Shown piece after piece: positions 8,541-18,566 of a DNA stretch of 64,000 bases. The notes under the pieces were generated by a model, which had not been told where the DNA came from, searched no databases, and worked only from the letters and a program-made list of their open reading frames with translations. Within the stretch, counting starts at the first letter, position 1. The number at the start of each line of letters is the position of its first letter. Both the position numbers and the translations under genes were made by a program. The DNA lies in the IMG/VR virus record IMGVR_UViG_3300021962_008747, positions 1 through 64,000 of that record; one strand, written 5' to 3'. This DNA comes from a virus. Its lineage: Duplodnaviria > Caudoviricetes.

Positions 8541-10058
8541 ATGAAAAATATTTTATTAAGTCTTAATGATGGTGAAAAGAAAAGAATACTTGAAATGCAT
8601 TATAACGCGGCAGGTAAAACATTAATATCTAATTATAATGAAAAAAGTGGTAGATTTAATATTAATGAAGGTGGATTAAATTTACCAGAAGTAAGATTGA
8701 ATTTTCCTGCTGGAGAATATAGACCAACAGAAGCAATTAAAGTAAAATTAAAGGGAGATTTGGCATCTTTAGTTAATTTTATAAAAAATCCCGACCCTGG
8801 TTTTAAAAATCACTACATTCAAATTAACGTTGAAGCTAGTGCTGATGCTTCTAGACTTAGCCAAAGCGCATTACAATTATGTGCAGATTTAGGTATAACA
8901 TCAAGTATGTCCGCTCAAGAACAAAACGAAACACTATCAAGGGCCAGAATGCAAACCGCAGTTGATCTAATAAAGAAAATATTAACAGAAGATTTGGGTA
9001 TTACACAAAATGAGTTAGATAAGTCAGTGATAATTAATGGAACAAATAAGGTTAGTACCTCTCAAAACAATCCAAATGATAGATATGTAAAGGCCACGTT
9101 TTCTAAAGGAAAAGAAAAAGAAGATGATGTACCACCACCAATTACCGCAACCACAGAAAATTTAAAATGTAACTTACCGCCAACCGAGTATGCGGGGAAA
9201 GAAAGTTTAAAACCTCCTTATGTTGGTTATTCACAAACCTTTTCTACACCAATAGGTGTTGGGGATCAAATGACAATATATTTTGACCCTGTAGATTTCC
9301 CTGATGCCTTTTACATAAAAGTAGGTGAGGGTGGTGACGGTAGAGAGGCGTTCAGTGGATTTATTGGTATGACATCAAAGGGTAAAGGTAGGGGTATGAG
9401 AAATTTTGTTAGTGAGTTGGCGGATCTTAAATCCAAAGGATTAAAAACTGACGTAGATAATTTTATTAAATCAGTTGGTGGTACATTAACAACAAAAGAC
9501 GACGAATATGTACCAATAGGTAATTTAACGGAGATAAAAACACTTATATCTGATACCGCAAAAACATTATTGAAAAAAGAAAATTGGGCACCATACCTAA
9601 CCGCGATGATTGGCATGAACCCAAAGACAACATGGGCAAAAACATCACTACCTGGTTTTTATGTTGATATGAACTTTTTTGAAAAAAGTAAATGGAAAAT
9701 TATTAGAAAATTAATTAAAAATGGAGGTTTTGGAATACCTAAAACTTGGGATAAGAAAAAAAAGTCGGCATTTTTAAACACTATAAATAATAGAAGTGTA
9801 GGTATGGATGGTGCAAGACTAGAACAACTACCAATAACTCCAGATGTTCTAGTTGAGTTAGCTAAAGAAGGAAAAATCTATTCTTTAATATTACTAAGGT
9901 CTAAATTTGATATAGTTTCAAAAGGAAAAAATAAAGCTGAGTTAAAATGGCAATTTAGTTTTACTAAACAAACAGAAAACGAAACAATACAACTTTATGT
10001 TTTTTCACCATTAGAAGGTACTATATTTTATATGTCTACAAAATGTCAGACATCATAA
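8541..10058 (+). CDS. Hypothetical protein, possibly virion-internal, with weak OmpA-C-like segment
   Basis: N-terminal EKKRILEMH; NETLSRARMQTAVDLI resembles the OmpA-C N..LS..RA motif. Confidence 0.5.
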   Translation: MKNILLSLNDGEKKRILEMHYNAAGKTLISNYNEKSGRFNINEGGLNLPEVRLNFPAGEYRPTEAIKVKLKGDLASLVNFIKNPDPGFKNHYIQINVEASADASRLSQSALQLCADLGITSSMSAQEQNETLSRARMQTAVDLIKKILTEDLGITQNELDKSVIINGTNKVSTSQNNPNDRYVKATFSKGKEKEDDVPPPITATTENLKCNLPPTEYAGKESLKPPYVGYSQTFSTPIGVGDQMTIYFDPVDFPDAFYIKVGEGGDGREAFSGFIGMTSKGKGRGMRNFVSELADLKSKGLKTDVDNFIKSVGGTLTTKDDEYVPIGNLTEIKTLISDTAKTLLKKENWAPYLTAMIGMNPKTTWAKTSLPGFYVDMNFFEKSKWKIIRKLIKNGGFGIPKTWDKKKKSAFLNTINNRSVGMDGARLEQLPITPDVLVELAKEGKIYSLILLRSKFDIVSKGKNKAELKWQFSFTKQTENETIQLYVFSPLEGTIFYMSTKCQTS

Positions 10059-10060
10059 AA

Positions 10061-10585
10061 TTAATTGTTAAATAAAACACATTTTTCTAATTCAGGAACG
10101 TTTTTAATGGATGTAATAATAACATCATACGTTAAATAACTTTTTTGATCGTCAATTGTTTTATTCGTTACACAAATACCCAATATAATTGGCTTTGAGT
10201 ATTTATTGTTATCAAAACTAAACCATTTAACGTGTGAACAATTGTATTTTGAAATTAAAATTTTAAAAACTGAATCCACAAGATTAGTAACATTTTTTTC
10301 AGATTTACTAATATATAATGTAAATTTTTGATAATCGTATGCCGCCCATTCATTACTATATCCCGTTTCAAAAATAATTTTGTCTTTATCGATTTTATCA
10401 TGCAATTTATAAAATATTGAACTAATAAAATTAGACTCGTAAGTAGTGTCTATTTTACCTAAGTTTTTATCTAAACGAATTTGGTTCATTGAACTTAATA
10501 TTGATTCTTTAATCAAATACTCATTTGATTGTGAAAAAACAAAATTTAAAAATAAACAAGAAATTAAGGTTAATAACGTTTTCAT
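10061..10585 (-). CDS. Secreted hypothetical protein
   Basis: Signal peptide MKTLLTLISCLFLNFVFSQ; TAAGTTTG host promoter element at 10612-10619. Confidence 0.6.
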   Translation of the reverse strand: MKTLLTLISCLFLNFVFSQSNEYLIKESILSSMNQIRLDKNLGKIDTTYESNFISSIFYKLHDKIDKDKIIFETGYSNEWAAYDYQKFTLYISKSEKNVTNLVDSVFKILISKYNCSHVKWFSFDNNKYSKPIILGICVTNKTIDDQKSYLTYDVIITSIKNVPELEKCVLFNN

Positions 10586-10635
10586 AATAGTGTATTTAAT
10601 TATTTATAATACAAACTTACGAAAACTTTTAGAAT

Positions 10636-12681
10636 CTACAAAATGTTTTTTCTTTTTTTTGTGGGTTTTTTTATTTTAACCTCTGTTTTTTTATCTTTTT
10701 CGTTATATGATAATGTAAATTTAGAACCTTTTTCTGGATTGTCGGAAATAATTTTATCAGTCACAGCATCATCAACCCACTTTTGAATTGTTCTTTTTAA
10801 TATTCTTGCACCAAATCTAGTGTCTGTACCTACAGAAATGATATGTTTTTTCAAACTTTCTTCTACTTCTAATTCAAAATCAATTCCATTAATTCTTTCA
10901 TATACTTTTACTAATTCAATTTCTACAATTTTTAATAAATCATTTTCAGTAAGATCTTTAAAGTATATTATCTCGTCAAATCTATTTATAAATTCAGGTG
11001 CAAACTTTTTAAATAATTCTTTTTCTAATACTGATTTAATTTCCTCATCTTTTTGTTCTTGCTTAGTGTTTGTTGAAAAACCAACACCTGTACCATATTG
11101 TTGAACTATTCTAGTACCAACATTAGAGGTCATTAATATTATACAATTTTTGAAATTAATTTTTCTTCCGTGACCATCAGTTAAAAATCCTTCATCTAAC
11201 ATCTGTAAAAATACGTTGAATATTTCGGGATGTGCCTTTTCAATCTCATCTAATAAAATAACTGAATAAGGTTTATTTTTAATTTTATTTAAAAATGGAG
11301 ACCCATCCTCATACCCAACATAACCTGGTGAAGTTCCTGTTAATTTTGATGTTGCAATCTTATCTGAAAATTCACTCATATCTAATCTTATCAATGCATC
11401 TTCACTATTAAACATATGTTTTGCCAATTGTTTTGCTAACTCAGTTTTACCGACACCCGAATTACCAATTAATAAACCACTAAATATTGGTTTTTTAGGA
11501 TCATTTAAACCAACTTTATTTCTTTGGATTGCTCTTGAAATTTTTGATACGGCGTCATCTTGACCTATTACTTTAGAACATAAAGTTTCTTTTAGGGTTT
11601 TTAATTGCTCTGTCTCGTCCGTTGATATTTTAGAAATAGGTATTTTTGTAATTAATGATGCTACGTCATAAACCACATCTTCAGTAACTTCCCTTTTAAA
11701 TAAATTTCTATTTTTTTCAAACTCAGATTTTTCTCTTTCTAAATCATTTAAAATTTTTCTTTCTTTATCTCTAAGGTTTGCTGCTTCCTCATATCTTTGA
11801 CTATTAATAACTTTTACTTTTTCTTCTTTTATTTCTTGTGCTTGTCTTTTTAAATCCTCAATAATTTCAGGTAATTTAATTTCTACTTGTGATCTAGCAC
11901 CAACCTCATCAATAATATCAAAAGCTTTATCAGGGAATTCTCTATCTGTAATATATCTATCTGCTAACTCAACACATAATTTTAATATATCATCACTATA
12001 AGTGACTTTATGGTGGTCTTCATATCTTTCTTTAACATTTTTTAATATTTGTAGAGTTTCTTCTTTTGTTGATGGGTCCACCATAACTTTTTGAAATCTT
12101 CTTTCTAATGCGCCATCCTTTTCAATATTTTTTCTGTATTCCTCAAGTGTGGTTGCCCCAATACACTGTAGTTCACCTCTTGAAAGCGCAGGTTTAAAGA
12201 TATTTGACGCATCCATAGACCCTGAGGCGTTACCTGCACCAATCATCGTATGTATTTCGTCGATGAATACAATTATATCAGGATTATTATATAACTCTTC
12301 CATTATAACCTTCATTCTTTCTTCAAATTGACCTCTGTATTTAGTACCTGCAACAATTGAGGTCATATCTAATGAAACAATTCTTTTTCCCGCTAAATTT
12401 TGAGGACAATCCCCCTCAAAAATTTTTTTAGCTAATCCCTCAACTATAGCTGTTTTACCACAACCTGGTTCGCCTAATATAATTGGATTATTTTTTTTTC
12501 TTCTTGAAAGAATTTGAGCAATTCTATTAATCTCATTTTCTCTACCAACAACGGGATCCAATTTTCCCTCTTCTGCTAATTTTATAAGGTCTCTTGAAAA
12601 GTTGTCTAAAACAGGTGTTTTTGTTTTTGTCTCTGTATTTTTATTTTTAGATTTTTCTGATTCGTCAAATGATTCAATCAT
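10636..12681 (-). CDS. clpC: ClpC-like AAA+ unfoldase lacking the N-terminal Clp-repeat domain
   Basis: [11 protein letters not shown]; two Walker A motifs ([16 protein letters not shown]); [15 protein letters not shown]; UVR middle domain YEEAANLRD; VGF ClpP-docking loop. Confidence 0.9.
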   Translation of the reverse strand: MIESFDESEKSKNKNTETKTKTPVLDNFSRDLIKLAEEGKLDPVVGRENEINRIAQILSRRKKNNPIILGEPGCGKTAIVEGLAKKIFEGDCPQNLAGKRIVSLDMTSIVAGTKYRGQFEERMKVIMEELYNNPDIIVFIDEIHTMIGAGNASGSMDASNIFKPALSRGELQCIGATTLEEYRKNIEKDGALERRFQKVMVDPSTKEETLQILKNVKERYEDHHKVTYSDDILKLCVELADRYITDREFPDKAFDIIDEVGARSQVEIKLPEIIEDLKRQAQEIKEEKVKVINSQRYEEAANLRDKERKILNDLEREKSEFEKNRNLFKREVTEDVVYDVASLITKIPISKISTDETEQLKTLKETLCSKVIGQDDAVSKISRAIQRNKVGLNDPKKPIFSGLLIGNSGVGKTELAKQLAKHMFNSEDALIRLDMSEFSDKIATSKLTGTSPGYVGYEDGSPFLNKIKNKPYSVILLDEIEKAHPEIFNVFLQMLDEGFLTDGHGRKINFKNCIILMTSNVGTRIVQQYGTGVGFSTNTKQEQKDEEIKSVLEKELFKKFAPEFINRFDEIIYFKDLTENDLLKIVEIELVKVYERINGIDFELEVEESLKKHIISVGTDTRFGARILKRTIQKWVDDAVTDKIISDNPEKGSKFTLSYNEKDKKTEVKIKKPTKKRKNIL

Positions 12682-12763
12682 AATAATTTTTTTAATTTTT
12701 TATTTGTCTAAAAGTTAATTAAATATAGATTAATAATCAATAATTTTTAATTTTTTATCATAA

Positions 12764-12815
12764 TGTCATATATACTGACATTTTGTCATATTTTTTTTAT
12801 TTGGCATTTAATTGG
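12764..12815. promoter_or_regulatory. Overlapping TGTCA/TGACA palindromes in the divergent clpC / UVR-gene spacer
   Basis: ATGTCA-tatatac-TGACAT and TGACA-ttt-TGTCA, followed by TTGGCAT. Confidence 0.5.
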
Positions 12816-12856
12816 TGTAAAATCGTACCAAAATAAACTTATAAAAAAATAAAATT

Positions 12857-13222
12857 ATGTTTAGTAGAAATTTTGAAAAATTATTTAACGAACTATGGTC
12901 ATCAGATCCATTTTTTAATGGTGGTAATTGGGAAAGAAAAAACTATAAGTCTGAAGATGGAAGTATTTCTTTTACCTACATTACAAATAAACGTGGAAAC
13001 CTTAATAAACAAGATGAGATATCTTTATTAAAACAAAAATTAGATATTGCGGTTGATAAACAAAATTTTGAGGAAGCAGTAGAACTCAGAGACAAAATTA
13101 AAAATTTAGAAAAAAATAAAGAAGAACTTATAAAACTTAATAAAGAACTAGATGAATGTGTAAAAAAACAAGATTTTGAAAATGCGATAATAATTAGAGA
13201 CAAAATTAAAGATTTAAAATAA
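12857..13222 (+). CDS. Double UVR (UvrB/C coiled-coil) domain protein, candidate ClpC adaptor
   Basis: Two copies: LDIAVDKQNFEEAVELRDKI and LDECVKKQDFENAIIIRDKI. Confidence 0.75.
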   Translation: MFSRNFEKLFNELWSSDPFFNGGNWERKNYKSEDGSISFTYITNKRGNLNKQDEISLLKQKLDIAVDKQNFEEAVELRDKIKNLEKNKEELIKLNKELDECVKKQDFENAIIIRDKIKDLK

Positions 13223-13242
13223 TTCGTTCTTTTTGAGTTTTG

Positions 13243-13271
13243 AATCCACCCAAAAGGTGGATTTTTTTTTT
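13243..13271 (+). terminator. Intrinsic terminator
   Basis: AATCCACC-caaaa-GGTGGATT + U-tract. Confidence 0.75.
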
Positions 13272-13299
13272 AATTAATATATTTTATAAATAAAAGATT

Positions 13300-13548
13300 A
13301 TGGCAATTAAAAAGACTGAAATTATTGGAACAAAAATTATTTGCGAAGTAGAGTCGAGTAATTTAAAAAAAACTGAATACGATTTAGACACAAAAAAACT
13401 AATTGTTGAATTTAAAAATGGTATGTCTTATGAATATGATGAAGTACCACATACCACATACACACAATTTAGGTTGTCTGATTCACAAGGAAAATTCTTC
13501 AATACACAAATATCAAAAACATATAAATACAAAAAACTAAATAATTAA
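13300..13548 (+). CDS. KTSC-domain protein
   Basis: VESSNL...YD....LIVEFKNG..YEY..VP......F..SDSQGKFFN. Confidence 0.85.
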   Translation: MAIKKTEIIGTKIICEVESSNLKKTEYDLDTKKLIVEFKNGMSYEYDEVPHTTYTQFRLSDSQGKFFNTQISKTYKYKKLNN

Positions 13549-13569
13549 TTTTTTGCCATATTTATTATT

Positions 13570-14328
13570 ATGGCGATCAGCAAAAAAATTATAAATAGTT
13601 TTTATTTACAGGAAGAATTAAATCCTGATGTTTGGGACTTACCAAATGAAAAATATATGGGAGATAAAGATGCTCAAAATTATAAATTAAAACCATTAAT
13701 TAGAGAACGTTTATTAAAAGTTGCCGAAATTTTTATAGATTATTTAGATACAGACTTATTTATACAAGATGTTATTTTTGTAGGTTCTTTAGTTGGTTAT
13801 AATTGGAGCGAATTTTCTGATTTTGATTTACACATTTTAATTGATTTGAACGAGGCAGGAGAAGATAAAGAAATGTATGAAGAATTATTTAGACTAAAAA
13901 AATCAATATTTAACGCGGCTCACGATATTTCAATTAGAGGTTTTGAAACAGAACTTTATGTTCAAGATTTGAATGAAAAAAATGAAAGTCAAGGTGTTTA
14001 TTCTATTTTAAAAGACAAATGGATAAAGGTCCCTAAAAAAGAAGATTTTAAAATAGATGAAAAAAAATTAAAAGAAAAAATTAAACAATGGACCGACATT
14101 ATTGATGGTGTTTTAGAAAACGCCGAAGATGAGGATATTGAAGGAGCATTAAAACTTGTAAAAAAATATAGAGAAAAACTTAGAAAATATCGAACATGTG
14201 GTTTAAAAAGAGAAGGTGAATATTCTTATGAAAATTTAGTTTTTAAATACCTAAGAAGAAATGGTTATATTGGAAAACTTGAAAACTTTAAAAATAAATT
14301 TGTAGATAAAAAGTTGTCTTTAAAGTAA
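13570..14328 (+). CDS. Pol-beta superfamily nucleotidyltransferase
   Basis: GSLVGYNWSEFSDFDLH (GS...DxD) and ELYVQD. Confidence 0.75.
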   Translation: MAISKKIINSFYLQEELNPDVWDLPNEKYMGDKDAQNYKLKPLIRERLLKVAEIFIDYLDTDLFIQDVIFVGSLVGYNWSEFSDFDLHILIDLNEAGEDKEMYEELFRLKKSIFNAAHDISIRGFETELYVQDLNEKNESQGVYSILKDKWIKVPKKEDFKIDEKKLKEKIKQWTDIIDGVLENAEDEDIEGALKLVKKYREKLRKYRTCGLKREGEYSYENLVFKYLRRNGYIGKLENFKNKFVDKKLSLK

Positions 14329-14437
14329 TAATATATATACAAAAATATAAAATACAAATTATGCGTATATTTATATATAAAAATATTTTATCACATAATT
14401 TGTGTAAATAATTTATTAAATAACAAAAAAAAATAAT

Positions 14438-15805
14438 ATGGCAGATTTAAAACCACTTGGTAGCGAGAAATTACAAGGAATGGATAAAATTAGAAGGATT
14501 TTAGAAATCGCTCAATACAAAGAAACACCAAAACAAAATATAAATGAAACCTCATCTACTGATTATACAGTCACGTTAGCGGATGGTTATACATATGGTA
14601 TTGTTAAAGAAAGATCGGGTTACATAATTAAAAAAGGTTTGAATGAAACTGCTTTGGGTTATTCAGAACCAATACCACAAAGAAAATATTTCAGATCTTA
14701 TTCTGAAGCGATGAAAAAACTCAATTTGACCGCAGCTGAACTTAATAGAATTTATGAAAATGAGGAAGGTATTGCGTTAATTGGCGAACAAGCCGGTCAA
14801 AAAAAAAAGTTCGTACTAAAAGTACCTAAAAAAGGTGGAAACAAAACACCTGATGTGGGAGGATCTACACCTGCCGCACCAGCACCACCAGCGGCTCCAA
14901 CAACACCCCCAGGAGGTGAAGAAGGACCTGTAGGTGAACCTACGTCTGACGCTGGAGGATTACCTGAATTAAGTACAGAACCAACAGCAACACCCGAAAG
15001 CGGAGAGCCAACAGGAGAACCAGGGTCAGAAACACCAACAGGAGAACCTGAAGGTGATATGGGTGCAACACCTGAATTAAGTACAGAACCAACAGGAGGG
15101 CCTGAAGGCGATGAAGAACCTATGGGGGAACCAACAGGAGAACCTGAAGGAGGAGATGATTTAGATTTAGATGGTGGAACTAGACCACCAAGTTTTAAAT
15201 CAATACAAAGATTAACCGGTAAATTAAGTCAAAGATTAAGAACAATAGAAAAAGAAAAAAGTTTAGAGTCTGACGATATTAAATACGTTTTAAATTCAAT
15301 CATATCTGCCTTAAATTTAGATAATTTAGAAGAAGATGATAGAGAAGATATACTTTCTAAATTCGATGAAGATGAATCCGAGTATGGTGCCGAGGGGGAA
15401 GGAGATCTTGATATGTCTTCAGAAGATGATTTTGATATGGGAGGATCTGAAGATATGGGATCACCTGAAGATACTGGAGGACCGGTTGGAGAACCAATGG
15501 AAACTCACAATAGATTTAATGAATCGGTTGTTGAGAAGGTATTAGGTGGATATTTCAAATACAAACCAAATGAGAAAAAAATATTAGAAGAAAAAAGAAA
15601 AAAAGAATTTTTAAAAAATCAATTAAAAAACGCCGAAATAAAAAAAGAAATAAGACAAATGTCAGAAAGTATCGAACAAATGAAAGCGTCTTTTAAACTT
15701 CTAAATGAAAATGCCAAATTTGTTGGAAAAACAAATAAAGAAAATTTAATTTTTATTAAAAACGGAAAACAATTAAAGGTAACTCAAAGAGGAAGAATTT
15801 TATGA
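14438..15805 (+). CDS. Head-module protein with acidic Pro/Gly/Glu low-complexity linker
   Basis: 455 aa; internal PELSTEPT and GEPTGEPE repeats; TATTTAT upstream. Confidence 0.6.
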   Translation: MADLKPLGSEKLQGMDKIRRILEIAQYKETPKQNINETSSTDYTVTLADGYTYGIVKERSGYIIKKGLNETALGYSEPIPQRKYFRSYSEAMKKLNLTAAELNRIYENEEGIALIGEQAGQKKKFVLKVPKKGGNKTPDVGGSTPAAPAPPAAPTTPPGGEEGPVGEPTSDAGGLPELSTEPTATPESGEPTGEPGSETPTGEPEGDMGATPELSTEPTGGPEGDEEPMGEPTGEPEGGDDLDLDGGTRPPSFKSIQRLTGKLSQRLRTIEKEKSLESDDIKYVLNSIISALNLDNLEEDDREDILSKFDEDESEYGAEGEGDLDMSSEDDFDMGGSEDMGSPEDTGGPVGEPMETHNRFNESVVEKVLGGYFKYKPNEKKILEEKRKKEFLKNQLKNAEIKKEIRQMSESIEQMKASFKLLNENAKFVGKTNKENLIFIKNGKQLKVTQRGRIL

Positions 15806-16215
15806 AATTAGTTTATATAAATGAGTTAGGTCCAAATTATAAAGGGGATAATATATACGAATTTATTTTCTCAGATATGGACGATGTTTGGGGTGAGGAT
15901 TGGGATGCGGAACCGGCCGCGGGAAAACCACTTCCGCCTAATATTAATTACATAGAAAAGGTTGGGGTTTTAAAAAATTCAGAAATAGAATTAATTTTGA
16001 TTCAAAATTCAGACTATTTTGGGGTTTATGATGCAATTGATGGTGTTATTTCTTTAGGTTGGGAAAATGCAAATAGTGACGATATATTAATACATAAAAG
16101 AAAAAGACTTGTTTTCAATTATGGTGAGAGTATAAAGTCAATTGAAGATAAATTATATGAACGAGACATCGTATTAAATTGGGAAAAAAACTTTGTTAAA
16201 AATGAATCACATTAA
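15802..16215 (+). CDS. Hypothetical protein
   Basis: 137 aa, ATGA-coupled to the upstream gene. Confidence 0.6.
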   Translation: MKLVYINELGPNYKGDNIYEFIFSDMDDVWGEDWDAEPAAGKPLPPNINYIEKVGVLKNSEIELILIQNSDYFGVYDAIDGVISLGWENANSDDILIHKRKRLVFNYGESIKSIEDKLYERDIVLNWEKNFVKNESH

Positions 16216-16747
16216 TTATAAAATAGGCGTATTATTACACGAAGGATTTTCTATGAAAACCTTAGAAAAATTCAATAATAAACAAATTGATTTATTATAT
16301 GAAAAAGTAAAAAAAGAAAAAACTAAGGAGTTTGGTGAACAATTAGACATGGTCGTTAAAAAAGATAAATTGACAGACCCTAAAACAATTGATGCTATGA
16401 AAAAAGTTGCGCCAGGTACAAAAGTAACTATCGAAACTGAAGTTACCGAAAAGTCTGTATCAAGAAAACAACAAAAAGCCATGGGAATCGCATTAGCGGC
16501 AAAAAAAGGAGATATACCTAAAAGTGAACTGAAAGGCTCATCTAAAGAAATGGTTAAAATGTCAAAAAGTGATTTAGAGGATTTTGCATCAACAAAACAT
16601 AAAGGATTACCGGAGAAAAAAACAAAAAGTAAAAAATCTGAAGTTAAAAAACTTGAAGAGAATATTTTAAAAATAGTGGAAAATCATTTACCTCCACACA
16701 CAACAAAGGCGGAACTACTTAAAGTTATTAAAGGATACAAAAGATAA
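16193..16747 (+). CDS. DUF3008-like domain protein (true start may be ATG 16202)
   Basis: SRKQQKAMGIALAAKKG...MSKSDLEDFASTKHKGLPEK. Confidence 0.65.
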   Translation: MLKMNHINYKIGVLLHEGFSMKTLEKFNNKQIDLLYEKVKKEKTKEFGEQLDMVVKKDKLTDPKTIDAMKKVAPGTKVTIETEVTEKSVSRKQQKAMGIALAAKKGDIPKSELKGSSKEMVKMSKSDLEDFASTKHKGLPEKKTKSKKSEVKKLEENILKIVENHLPPHTTKAELLKVIKGYKR

Positions 16748-16750
16748 TGA

Positions 16751-18529
16751 ATGTCTTTATCAAAAGAACAAGCACTTTTAGAATATGCTAAATGCGTAAA
16801 TGATACACCATACGCACTTAAAACATATTTACAAACTTACGACAACACACAATCAAAATATGTTCCATTAGAATTATTTAACGATCAAGTAACTCTCGTA
16901 AAAGATTATGACACCTGTGAAGAAAATATCGCACTTAAATATAGACAGGCTGGTGTATCAACAGTAACCTCTGCATGGGCGTCAAAAAGATTAGTATTTG
17001 CCCGTAAAGAAAAACCCGAAAAAATTCTAATTATTGCCAACAAACTAGATACTGCCGTTGAAATGGCAAATAAAGTTAGGGCATTTGTTGACCAATGGCC
17101 AAAATGGATGGGTGTTACGTTTTCAAATGAAAAAAATTCACAAAGACATTTTAAATTAACTAACGGTTGTGAAGTAAAGGCGGTTGCAACATCAAAAGAT
17201 GCGTTACGTGGATATACACCAACGATTCTTATTTTCGACGAAGCGGCATATATTGATGCCGACGAAGATTTTTGGTCAGCATGTATGGCGTCCCTATCAA
17301 CAGGAGGTAAAGTGATTGTTATTTCAACACCAAATGGATTTGATCCAATATATTACTCAATATACAGTCAGGCAATTAAAGGAATGAATGACTTTAGAAT
17401 TACTGAAATGTATTGGTTTAGGGATCCTAGATACTCTAAAGATTTAAAATTAATTAAATGTAATGATATTGTACATTACATGTTAAATAGAGCAGACTAT
17501 AAAGACGATGAAATTACTATAGATTATACCAATACTAAAGTTGGTGACAGAGATTTCCAAGAAATAAAACAAAAAATAGAAAACGAGGGGTATAAAGCCT
17601 ATAGTTCTTGGTTTGAGGCCATGGCTAAAAAGTTAAAGTTTGATAGAAGAAAAATTTCTCAGGAACTTGAATGTAACTTTTTGGGTTCTGGTGATAACGT
17701 TATTCCACCTGAAACAATGAAATCAATTAAGGATAATCAATTAAAAGAACCTGAAAATAAGTACATGGGTGGGGTTCTTTGGCAGTGGAAAGAACCAATA
17801 GAGGGTCATAAATACATAATGGGGATGGACGTTTCTAGAGGTGATAGTGAAGATTTTACAACATTTACAATAATAGATTTTGATGAAAGGGAACAGGTTT
17901 TAGAATACTTAGCAAAAGTCCCACCTGATGTTGTTGCAGAAATCGCATTCAAATGGGCAACTATGTATAATGCATTTATTGTGACAGATATAACAGGAGG
18001 TATGGGTGTCGCAACTTCAAGAAAACTTCAAGAATTAGGTTACAAAAATCTTTATATAGATGGTGTTAATCTTGCAGACAAATGGAAGTGGGATCCAAAG
18101 GCAAATGAAAAAATACCCGGTATAAACTTCAACTCTAAAAGAGTTCAAATAGTTGCCGCTTTTGAGGAGGCATTAAGACACGATTTTGGAGTAAGATCCC
18201 AAAGATTATTTAATGAGCTTAATACTTTTGTTTATGTTAATGGAAAACCGGATCACCAAAAAGGTCAACATGACGATTTAATTATGGCGTTGGCTATGGC
18301 GTTATATGTTGCAGAAACGTCTTTTTCTAAATTAGAAAAAGCGACAGAACAAGCAAAAGCGATGTTAAATTCTTGGTCTACGGAGAAAAAAGAATTTAAA
18401 GAATCTTCTCAAAACTTTAATCCTGGATTACCTGTTGGGTATGTAGATAATATGTATATGAGTAGAAGTACGTTAACTCAAAGTGATTACCAAAACTATT
18501 TATGGTTATTCGGTAAAAAAAGAGTTTAG
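16751..18529 (+). CDS. gp17: Terminase large subunit (T4 gp17-like)
   Basis: KYRQAGVST, LIFDEAA Walker B, ISTPNG, QELECNF, MGMDVSRG, HDDLIMA nuclease motif. Confidence 0.92.
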   Translation: MSLSKEQALLEYAKCVNDTPYALKTYLQTYDNTQSKYVPLELFNDQVTLVKDYDTCEENIALKYRQAGVSTVTSAWASKRLVFARKEKPEKILIIANKLDTAVEMANKVRAFVDQWPKWMGVTFSNEKNSQRHFKLTNGCEVKAVATSKDALRGYTPTILIFDEAAYIDADEDFWSACMASLSTGGKVIVISTPNGFDPIYYSIYSQAIKGMNDFRITEMYWFRDPRYSKDLKLIKCNDIVHYMLNRADYKDDEITIDYTNTKVGDRDFQEIKQKIENEGYKAYSSWFEAMAKKLKFDRRKISQELECNFLGSGDNVIPPETMKSIKDNQLKEPENKYMGGVLWQWKEPIEGHKYIMGMDVSRGDSEDFTTFTIIDFDEREQVLEYLAKVPPDVVAEIAFKWATMYNAFIVTDITGGMGVATSRKLQELGYKNLYIDGVNLADKWKWDPKANEKIPGINFNSKRVQIVAAFEEALRHDFGVRSQRLFNELNTFVYVNGKPDHQKGQHDDLIMALAMALYVAETSFSKLEKATEQAKAMLNSWSTEKKEFKESSQNFNPGLPVGYVDNMYMSRSTLTQSDYQNYLWLFGKKRV

Positions 18530-18566
18530 TTTATAAATTATAGAATTATTTTTAAAATAAAAAAAT

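Noticed and set aside
14960-15150. Direct repeats CCTGAATTAAGTACAGAACCAACAG
   Set aside because: In-frame duplications in a low-complexity linker, not a mobile or regulatory element.
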